Sequence record: NZ_CP064874.1
DNA: 64,000 nt
From: a plasmid
Strand: one strand, 5' to 3'
Position 1 is the stretch's first letter, and each line of letters opens with the position of its first letter. The notes under the pieces were generated by a model. It saw only the letters and a list, made by a program, of their open reading frames with translations. It made no database searches and was not told where the DNA came from. A program made the translations under genes and the position numbers. This document shows, piece after piece, positions 55,047-64,000 of this stretch.

Positions 55047-55564
55047 CATTGGTCGATGCACGCCAGGAGCCGACTCCCGACTGGCTCGTCGAAGGAGCAA
55101 CCCTCGGAGAGCTCGCCGGGAAGATCGACGTTCCCGCCCAGGCGCTGGCCGAGACGGTCGCGCGATTCAACGAGCACGCCGCCCGTGGGGAGGATCCGGA
55201 CTTCCACCGCGGTGCGAGCGCGTACGACCGCTACTGGGGAGACGAACAGAACCCGTATCCCAATCCCAGCCTCGCACCGCTCGAGCAAGGCCCCTACTAC
55301 GCTCTCGCCGTGGTGAACGGCTGCTTCGGCACCAGCGGAGGGATCGCCACCGACGGCCTCGGAAGGGTCCTCGACGCAGACGGCGATGCCATACGCGGCC
55401 TGTTTGCGGTCGGCAACGCCTCCGAGAACGCCTTCGCCGCCGGCTACCCCGGCGCCGGCGCCACGCTCGGTCCGATCATGACCATGGCCTACCTTCTCGG
55501 GCGTACCGCCAGCGGCGCGTCGATCGGCGACCTGAGCCTTGCCGACGGAGCCGGGGCACGATGA
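55047..55564 (+). pseudogene. FAD-binding dehydrogenase (3-ketosteroid-delta1-dehydrogenase/fumarate-reductase flavoprotein-like), C-terminal ~170 aa only
   Basis: ..DWLVEGATLGELAGKIDVPAQALAETVARFNEHAARGEDPDFHRGASAYDRYWGD...GLFAVGNAS... is the C-terminal region of KstD-like flavoproteins. The upstream part of the same frame is leader sequence (VNVTFTGYGRPPTL), so the N-terminal ~400 aa are absent. Confidence 0.6.
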
Positions 55565-55860
55565 TCCGTCACGTCGTGTTCTTCTCGTTCGCAGCGAACC
55601 ATGATCCTGCCGTGCTCGAGGAGTGGCGCGACCTGCTCGATGGTCTGCTCGGAAAGATTCCCGGCCTGGTCCGACTGTCACACGGCCCCGACGTGATGCG
55701 CAGCGAACGCGCATGGGACTATGCACTCGTCGCCGACTTCCGCACCCTCGACGATGTCCGTGCCTACGCGACGCACCCCGCGCATCTGCCGCTCTTCCCT
55801 CTCTCCGGAGCGATCTCGGAGCAGATCGCCTCGGTCGACTTCGAGATCGACGAGCAGTAG
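55561..55860 (+). CDS. Dabb-family stress-responsive alpha/beta-barrel protein
   Basis: 99 aa starting MIRHVVFFSF; ATGA overlap with the kstD-like stop. Confidence 0.65.
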   Translation: MIRHVVFFSFAANHDPAVLEEWRDLLDGLLGKIPGLVRLSHGPDVMRSERAWDYALVADFRTLDDVRAYATHPAHLPLFPLSGAISEQIASVDFEIDEQ

Positions 55861-55878
55861 AGGAAGTACCCAGGCGCC

Positions 55879-56415
55879 GTGAAGAGCGAGGATGGTTTCT
55901 CGATGCCCCGAGTACGTGCGGTCACCCCCACCGTGGCAGAGGAGCTCCGCGACCTGAAGGCACGCTATTTTCACTACGTCGACCTGAAGCAGTGGGACGA
56001 ACTGCGCGGACTCTTCGTGGACGACTGCGTCTTCGAAGGACTGTGGGCCGCCGCGCCCGACCCCGACACGTTCGTGGAGAACCTGATGCGCAACATGACC
56101 GAAGAGGTCGTCAGCGTCCATCACGGGTTCATGCCGCAGTTTCGGCGGATCGATGACTTCTCGGCTCGCGGGCGCTGGGCCATGACCGACTATCTGACGT
56201 GGCCACGCGGGTCACGAGGGTATATGGGGATCACCGTGCCGGAACAGAGGGGGATGCGGGGATATGGCTACTACGAGGAGCTCTACCGACTCACCGAGTC
56301 CGGCTGGCGCATCGCCTTCATGCGACTGAGCCGGATCCGCATGGATCCCATCGTTGGCGACGCGCCTGCGATCGACTACCCGGTGGTTCCCGCGGTCCCC
56401 GGCTGGCTGGACTGA
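55879..56415 (+). CDS. SnoaL-like / NTF2-family protein
   Basis: 178 aa of the SnoaL_4-type common in steroid/aromatic clusters. Confidence 0.55.
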   Translation: MKSEDGFSMPRVRAVTPTVAEELRDLKARYFHYVDLKQWDELRGLFVDDCVFEGLWAAAPDPDTFVENLMRNMTEEVVSVHHGFMPQFRRIDDFSARGRWAMTDYLTWPRGSRGYMGITVPEQRGMRGYGYYEELYRLTESGWRIAFMRLSRIRMDPIVGDAPAIDYPVVPAVPGWLD

Positions 56416-56464
56416 CGCCGACCCGCGGGTGCCGCACCCTCTGGTCCGAACCGTGAGCGCCGGC

Positions 56465-57649
56465 TCAGGTGAGGGTGTGGAGGGGCCAGCCGGTGTATGC
56501 CTCGGCGAGGAAGCGGCGGCCGGCTTCGGACTCGACGACGGATTGGAGCTCTCCGAGCTGGCGGAGGCGGTCGAAGTCCCTTGCATCGGGGGCGACGTGA
56601 AGCATGCTGGTCATCCACCAGGAGAAGTGCTGGGCCTTCCAGATGCGGTGCAGCGCCGTCTCGGGGAAGGCCTCGACGAGGCGGCTGTCCCTCTCGAGCA
56701 GAAGCGCGCGCAGCGCGCGCTCGAGAACGAGGACGTCGGCTACGGCAAGGTTCATGCCTTTCGCGCCGGTGGGCGGCACGGTATGGGCGGCGTCGCCGAT
56801 GAGTGCGAGGCGGCCGCGAAGCAGTTCGAGGGCGACGAAGCTCCGGAATCGCAGCACGTCGCGTTGGAAGACGGGGCCTTCCTTGAGCGTCGTCCCCGGC
56901 ACCCGCTTCTGCAGTTCTTCCCACAGTTGCTCCTCGGTGAGGGTGCTGGGGTCGGTGCGGGGATCGCATTGGAAGTACATGCGCTGCACGGTGGTGCTTC
57001 GCTGGCTGATGAGCGCGAAGCCATCGGGGGAGTTGCTGTAGATGAGCTCGTCGGCGCTGGGCGGCGCCTCGCAGAGGATGCCGAACCAGGCGAACGGGTA
57101 CTCGCGGAAGTGCCCGCCTGTGTGGGAACCGGTTACGGCCTCCCGCACGACACTGCGTGACCCGTCGGCGCCGACGACGAACTCGGCCTCGATCTCGAGA
57201 GGCGATCCGTCTGCGCCGGTGGCGATGACGCGTGGGCGGTCGGACGCGGGGTCCTCGATACGATGCGCCGTCACGCCGAAGCGCAGGTCTTGGCCACTGG
57301 AGAGCCGCGCGGCGATGAGATCCTTCAGGACTTCGTGCTGCGGGTACAGCCACACACCGCGGCCGACGAGGTCGGCGAAGTCGATGCGGTGTCCGCTGCC
57401 GGCGAAGCGGAGCTCGATGCCGTCGTGGCGGTCTCCCAGGGTGCGGGCGCGGCTGAACGCGCCGAGCGTGTCGAGCACCTCGACGGTGCCCTGTTCGAGG
57501 ATGCCTGCCCGGATCGTGGTCTCGATCTCTTCACGGGAACGCTGATCGATGACGACTGACTCGAGGCCGGACGCCGCGAGCAGATGCGACAGCAGCAGTC
57601 CGGCGGGTCCAGCGCCGACGATGGCGACGCGGGTGCGGATGGTGGACAT
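56465..57649 (-). CDS. pobA: 4-hydroxybenzoate 3-monooxygenase
   Basis: VAIVGAGPAGLLLSHLL...IRAGILEQGTVEVL...GDAAHTVPPTGAKGMNLA; 394 aa. Confidence 0.85.
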   Translation of the reverse strand: MSTIRTRVAIVGAGPAGLLLSHLLAASGLESVVIDQRSREEIETTIRAGILEQGTVEVLDTLGAFSRARTLGDRHDGIELRFAGSGHRIDFADLVGRGVWLYPQHEVLKDLIAARLSSGQDLRFGVTAHRIEDPASDRPRVIATGADGSPLEIEAEFVVGADGSRSVVREAVTGSHTGGHFREYPFAWFGILCEAPPSADELIYSNSPDGFALISQRSTTVQRMYFQCDPRTDPSTLTEEQLWEELQKRVPGTTLKEGPVFQRDVLRFRSFVALELLRGRLALIGDAAHTVPPTGAKGMNLAVADVLVLERALRALLLERDSRLVEAFPETALHRIWKAQHFSWWMTSMLHVAPDARDFDRLRQLGELQSVVESEAGRRFLAEAYTGWPLHTLT

Positions 57650-57746
57650 TGGGGCGTCTCCTTCGACGTGACAACGGATGCCTCGCTCAGTGTGAACCCG
57701 GTTCAGACGGTCGAACGCCGCATTCCCGTTGAACGGGAGACGCCGA

Positions 57747-58496
57747 CTATCGGGGGGACCGCAGCGTGGCCTCGATGCCGGTCACGGCTTCTCGCAGAGC
57801 GATGATCGCCGCCGTGTGCGGCGCTTGTCGTGGTAGCACCACGGAAAGCGCGGCGACGACTTCACCTGCGTCGCGGATCGGCACGGCCACGCCGGTCGAG
57901 ACGGATTCGATCGAACCTTGCGCGATCGCCACGCCATCGCGACGCACGCCAGCGAGGAGACGGCGTAGACGTCCGGGATCGGTCACCGTCTCGGGTGCGA
58001 GAGCGCGCAACGGCTGGGCGAGCACGCGTTCGCGGAGATCGGCGGGAGCGTGCGCGAGCAGGACGAGGCCCGACGAGGAGGCGTGCAGCGGTAGCCGCCC
58101 AGCGATCCGTGTGATGTTCGCACCGGCGTCGGGGTGCGAAAGGCGTTCGAGGAACAGTGCTTCGTCCTGTTCGAGAACGGCGAGTTGGGTGTGCTGGCGG
58201 ATGTGCGTCTGCACGCGCTCCATATAGGGGAGCGCCGCCTGGCGCAGACGTAGCGCGGTCGACCCGCGGAGGGCCAGTTCCCACAAGCGCATTCCCAGGT
58301 GGACGCGGCGGTCCTCGTCGCGTCCGAGCAGTCCGGCGTCGACCAGCTCGTCCACGATCCGGTGCGCGGTGGACGACGGCAGCGCCGCTCGGCGCCCGAT
58401 CTGACTGGCCGACTGCACCGAACGATCAGCTGTGAACGTCTCGAGGACGCGCACGATGCGGTCGATCATCGAGTCGCTGGAGGGCGAGTTCGCCAT
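57747..58496 (-). CDS. IclR-family regulator adjacent to pobA (PobR-like)
   Basis: Internal start MANSPSSDSMIDRIVRVLETF of the artefactual 850-aa ORF; IclR wHTH plus effector domain. Confidence 0.65.
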   Translation of the reverse strand: MANSPSSDSMIDRIVRVLETFTADRSVQSASQIGRRAALPSSTAHRIVDELVDAGLLGRDEDRRVHLGMRLWELALRGSTALRLRQAALPYMERVQTHIRQHTQLAVLEQDEALFLERLSHPDAGANITRIAGRLPLHASSSGLVLLAHAPADLRERVLAQPLRALAPETVTDPGRLRRLLAGVRRDGVAIAQGSIESVSTGVAVPIRDAGEVVAALSVVLPRQAPHTAAIIALREAVTGIEATLRSPR

Positions 58497-58580
58497 GCGC
58501 TCAGGATGACACGGCTCGCGTCGACGGTGTTGCGGCGATGGTTGGTCCCCTGCCTGACGCGACGGCGGTAGCCTCGGCTC

Positions 58581-59231
58581 ATGGTTTCTGTTCCGGATGC
58601 TGCAACGGCTTGGGAGCCCCTCACGCCTCATGCTGTCGCTGAGCTCCTTCGGGTCGGTAGCGCCCGCTGGTGGCTGTCGGGCGGGGTGGCCCTGGAGCAC
58701 TGGCTGGGCCGGACGATCCGCGAACGGCCGAACACGGACGTGAGCACCACCCAAGGCGGGCTGCCGCAGCTGGTCCGGGCGTTGCCTGCCGGTTTCACCG
58801 CCTGGGCGCCTGCGGGGGAGGACGCCGTCATCCCCTGGGCCGACGCGCCCGACGATGCCGATGTGCAGCCGGTGCGGATTCAGGACGAGCGCTCCGGCGC
58901 CTGGGTGCTTCAGGTGAACGTCGAGGATGGGACGGAACATGCCTGGCTGTACCGGCGAGACCCGCGGCTGCAGTTGCCGTGGGATCGCGCCGTGCTCGAG
59001 GTCGACGGCATTCCGACCGGTGCGCCCGAGGTGCAGCTGGTCTGGAAGGCGTTGCGGCCGCGGCCGGAGGATGACCTCGACAAGGACGTGGTGCTGCCGC
59101 AGCTCTCGGACGAGGCCCGGTCGTGGTTCGAACGGGCGATCCTCTCCGTCCACCCGCACTCGAACTGGTCGATCCACGTGCGCAGCCCTTTCGCGCCCGC
59201 GAAGGCAAGCTGGAACCGCAAGAACGGCTAG
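58581..59231 (+). CDS. hypothetical protein, possibly nucleotidyltransferase-fold (Lnu/LinB-like)
   Basis: WWLSGGVALEHWLG pattern; weak. Confidence 0.4.
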   Translation: MVSVPDAATAWEPLTPHAVAELLRVGSARWWLSGGVALEHWLGRTIRERPNTDVSTTQGGLPQLVRALPAGFTAWAPAGEDAVIPWADAPDDADVQPVRIQDERSGAWVLQVNVEDGTEHAWLYRRDPRLQLPWDRAVLEVDGIPTGAPEVQLVWKALRPRPEDDLDKDVVLPQLSDEARSWFERAILSVHPHSNWSIHVRSPFAPAKASWNRKNG

Positions 59232-60136
59232 GTCGGCCGGTGGTCGTCGGCGGCCACCGCATCCAGCACCACCGATCGGAACCACGTCTGCGCGGGAGAC
59301 ATGCTCAGTTCGCGTCGCGTGTAGAGCGCGACCGGGGTGCTCTGGCCCGGCCACGGCAGCTCGGCGATGCGCAGACCGGGGAACCATCCGCAGAACACCT
59401 CGGCCACGTGTCGCGGCAGCAGCACGACGAGATCGGTCGCCTCGAGCACCGCGGGCACGGTGGCGTACTCCTCGACCGTCAGCGTCACCTGCGGCATGAG
59501 TCCCTGTTCGATCATCGCCTGGAGCGGGTACACGTGGCCGCCGCGGGAGGACACCCGCACGAAGCGGCGCCCGACGAACATGTCCGCGGCGGTCGGAGGC
59601 AGCGGATGGGCACGCGAGGACAGCGCCACGTACTCCACGTCGCGCACCGGTGTGCGCCACAGCCGCGGCGAGTCCAGCAACGACACCGTGATCGCCAGGT
59701 CGATGGTGCCCCGGACGAGCCCGTCTTCCACCTGATCCGCGTCCAGCCGCCGCACCTGCAGGTGAAGGTCCGGCGCCTCCTTCGCGAGCACCGGCATGAT
59801 CGGCGGCAGGAAGGTCTGCTCGCCGATCGAGGTCAGCGCGAGCGAGAGCTCCCCGCCGAAGCTCGCGGGATCGAAGGCGTCGGGCGCGCTCACCACGGCA
59901 TCGATGCGCGACAGTGCCTCGTGCAGCGGTCCGAACAGCTGCCGGGCACGCGGGGTCGGCACCATCTCGTTCCCCTGGCGGCGGAACAGGTCGTCGCCGA
60001 ACCGCTGCCGCAACCTCCTCAGCGTGTAGCTGACCGTCGGCTGCGTGACGTGCAATCGCTCGGCGGCGGCGGTCAGACTGCGCAGCTCGTACAGCACGAC
60101 GAAAGTGCGCAACTGGTTGAGATCGGTGAGCGACAT
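59228..60136 (-). CDS. LysR-family transcriptional regulator
   Basis: LRTFVVLYELRSLTAAAERLHVTQPTVSYTLRRL HTH plus substrate-binding domain. Divergent from ligJ. Confidence 0.85.
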   Translation of the reverse strand: MSLTDLNQLRTFVVLYELRSLTAAAERLHVTQPTVSYTLRRLRQRFGDDLFRRQGNEMVPTPRARQLFGPLHEALSRIDAVVSAPDAFDPASFGGELSLALTSIGEQTFLPPIMPVLAKEAPDLHLQVRRLDADQVEDGLVRGTIDLAITVSLLDSPRLWRTPVRDVEYVALSSRAHPLPPTAADMFVGRRFVRVSSRGGHVYPLQAMIEQGLMPQVTLTVEEYATVPAVLEATDLVVLLPRHVAEVFCGWFPGLRIAELPWPGQSTPVALYTRRELSMSPAQTWFRSVVLDAVAADDHRPT

Positions 60137-60285
60137 CGCATTGATCCCATCTATACGGTTCGGCTCCTACATCTATTGGACCATACCCATAGAGCGAACT
60201 AGAGTCAGGGTGACAGCACCGGCACCGCTGCCGACGTGGCACGCACCACCCGGCACCGACCCGATCACAGTGACGAGGACGCACG

Positions 60286-61314
60286 TTGATCATCGACATC
60301 CATGGCCACTACACCACGGCCCCCGCGCAGCTGGGAGCGTGGCGCGATCTGCAGATCGCGTATGCGGAAGGCGCGGGCGAGGCGCCCGACCCGGCCGCGC
60401 TGCGGATCAGCGATGACGACATCCGCGAGACCATCGAGGCGAACCAGTTGCGGCTGATGGACGACCGCGGCAGCGATGTCACGGTGTTCAGTCCCCGTGC
60501 ATCGTTCATGGCCCACCACCTCGGCGACCTCGCCGTCAGCGAGACCTGGGCGCGCATCTGCAACGACCTCGTCGCGCGGGTGTCGCAGCTGTTCCCCGAC
60601 CGTTTCCTCCCGGGCGCGATGCTCCCGCAGTCGCCGGGCGTCGACCCGAAGACGACCCTCGCCGAACTCGACCGGGCGGTGAACGATCTGGGCGTCGTGA
60701 CCGTCAACATCAACCCCGACCCGTCCGGCGGACTGTGGACCGCCCCGCTGCTGACGGACAAGAGCTGGTATCCGCTCTACGAGAAGCTCGTCGAGTACGA
60801 GCTGCCCGCGATGATCCACGTGAGCACCTCGTGCAAGCCGCAGTTCCACACCACCGGCGACCACTACCTGGGTGCCGACACGACGGCATTCATGCAGCTG
60901 CTCAAGGGCGACCTGTTCCGCGACTTCCCCGACCTGAAGCTCGTCATCCCGCACGGCGGCGGCGCGGTGCCCTATCACTGGGGACGCTTCCGCGGCCTGG
61001 CGATGGCGCTCGGCAAGCCCGAGCTGGAGGAGCACCTCCTGGGCAACGTGTACTTCGACACGTGCGTGTACCACCAGCCGGGCATCGACCTGCTCACCGG
61101 GGTCATCCCGACCGAGAACATCCTCTTCGCGAGCGAGATGATCGGCGCCGTCCGCGACGTCGACCCGCGCACGGGCCACTACTTCGACGACACGAAGCGA
61201 TACGTGGATGCGACCGGGAACCTCACCGACGAACGACGCGGACAGGTCTTCGAAGGCAACGCCCGCCGCGTGTACCCGCGCCTGGACCGCGCCCTGCGAG
61301 CCCGCGGCCTGTGA
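60286..61314 (+). CDS. ligJ: 4-oxalomesaconate hydratase (amidohydrolase-2 family)
   Basis: IIDIHGHYT...ISDDDIRETIEANQLRL...MIHVS...HGGGAVPYHWGRFRGLA...FDTCVYHQPGIDLL...HYFDDTKRY closely follows LigJ. Confidence 0.8.
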   Translation: MIIDIHGHYTTAPAQLGAWRDLQIAYAEGAGEAPDPAALRISDDDIRETIEANQLRLMDDRGSDVTVFSPRASFMAHHLGDLAVSETWARICNDLVARVSQLFPDRFLPGAMLPQSPGVDPKTTLAELDRAVNDLGVVTVNINPDPSGGLWTAPLLTDKSWYPLYEKLVEYELPAMIHVSTSCKPQFHTTGDHYLGADTTAFMQLLKGDLFRDFPDLKLVIPHGGGAVPYHWGRFRGLAMALGKPELEEHLLGNVYFDTCVYHQPGIDLLTGVIPTENILFASEMIGAVRDVDPRTGHYFDDTKRYVDATGNLTDERRGQVFEGNARRVYPRLDRALRARGL

Positions 61315-61333
61315 CCTCACCCTGGAGAACCCG

Positions 61334-62032
61334 ATGACTCAGCGACTGAACGACCTCGGCATCGTCCGCACGCGCATCGAGCGGCCCGACTCCGCCGACG
61401 TCGCGCGGCTCTCGCGGTTCGGGGTCGCCACGATCCACGAGGCGATGGGCCGGGTCGGCCTGCTGCGGCCGTACATCCGCCCGGCGTACAGCGGGGCGAC
61501 GCTGTGCGGCCCGGCCGTCACGGTGCTCCTGCAGCCCGGCGACAACTGGATGTTCCACGTCGCCGCCGAGCAGGTGCAGGAGGGCGACGTCATCGTCGCC
61601 GGCTGCACCACGGAGAGCGAGGACGGCTTCTTCGGCGAGCTGCTCGCCACCTCCCTCACCGCCCGGGGCTGCAAGGGCCTGGTCATCGACGGGGGCGTCC
61701 GCGACGTCGCCGACCTCGAGAAGATGGGCTTCCCGGTCTTCTCCCGCGCCATCAGCGCGAAGGGCACCGTCAAGGCGACGCTGGGCTCGGTCAACATCCC
61801 CGTGGTCGTGGCGAACGCCGTGGTGAACCCCGGCGACGTGGTGGTCGCGGATGTCGACGGCGTCGTGGTCGTCCCCCGCGAGCTCGTCGGCGCCGTCGCC
61901 GACGCCTCGCAGAAGCGCGAGGACAACGAGGAGGCCAAGCGCCAGAAGTTCCGCGAGGGCGTGCTCGGTCTCGACATCTACGGCATGCGGGAGCCGCTGG
62001 CGGCCGCGGGCCTCGAGTACGTGGAGGATTGA
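61334..62032 (+). CDS. ligK: 4-carboxy-4-hydroxy-2-oxoadipate aldolase/oxaloacetate decarboxylase (RraA-like)
   Basis: Start MTQRLNDLG after GGAGAA; RraA-like fold motifs (GDVIVAG...GGVRDV). Confidence 0.75.
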   Translation: MTQRLNDLGIVRTRIERPDSADVARLSRFGVATIHEAMGRVGLLRPYIRPAYSGATLCGPAVTVLLQPGDNWMFHVAAEQVQEGDVIVAGCTTESEDGFFGELLATSLTARGCKGLVIDGGVRDVADLEKMGFPVFSRAISAKGTVKATLGSVNIPVVVANAVVNPGDVVVADVDGVVVVPRELVGAVADASQKREDNEEAKRQKFREGVLGLDIYGMREPLAAAGLEYVED

Positions 62033-62034
62033 CG

Positions 62035-64000
<1,966 letters not shown>

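Noticed and set aside
57747-60299. 850-aa minus-strand ORF
   Set aside because: It is a GC-rich read-through spanning the IclR regulator (real start 58496) and lying antisense to the 58581..59231 and LysR genes. Only the C-terminal 249 aa look like protein.

Overview
This is a 64-kb high-GC window of Actinobacteria type (GGAGG ribosome-binding sites, frequent GTG/TTG starts, ATGA stop/start overlaps). It reads as a strongly mosaic accessory region rather than ordinary chromosome. The main finding is at 32.1-55.05 kb: about 23 kb in which almost every gene is on the minus strand and is organised as cassettes. I found 20 cassette leaders (one more is half-deleted). Each leader is a conserved ~60-bp element carrying a perfect 17-bp palindrome GTGAATGT-G-ACATTCAC followed by GGAGG and the ATG, and most cassettes end in a conserved GC hairpin terminator (GCCCCGCCGG-N6-CCGGCGGGGC). 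The cassette genes are small, mostly acidic, and unknown. The layout resembles a temperate actinophage early region or an ICE leading region governed by one operator family. The array ends abruptly inside a truncated kstD-like gene at ~55,050. It is interrupted by plus-strand insertions, including a GIY-YIG nuclease islet, a DUF1643 gene and an Arg/Glu-rich repeat protein. A second repeat family (GGGTATAGGCC-N~13-TTCGCGGACA, 5 copies) also occurs in it. Other layers: (i) 0-10 kb holds transporter and regulator genes plus an ISL3 element (3032-4491) and an IS3 element (6560-8064, with G_GGA_AAA slippery site), and several gene fragments (SBP, two SDR, Lsr2). (ii) 10.4-21.2 kb is a mobile-element-like module: AbiEi/AbiEii, HTH/Xis-like regulators, a secreted DUF1524 HNH nuclease, a 542-aa Rep-like protein, two paralogous ribbon-helix-helix (RHH)-like basic proteins, a 5'-truncated NPPY adenine methyltransferase, and a repeated GAATATAACC operator half-site. 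(iii) 21.2-31.1 kb is a Rieske dioxygenase catabolic operon (alpha, beta, ferredoxin, reductase, AKR) with an IclR regulator, an aldolase, hydrolases and more gene remnants. (iv) 55-64 kb carries pobA plus an IclR regulator and the protocatechuate 4,5-cleavage genes ligJ, ligK, ligI, ligA and ligB (ligB runs off the window end). At least eight genes show frameshifts at C/G homopolymers, so indel sequencing errors cannot be excluded.
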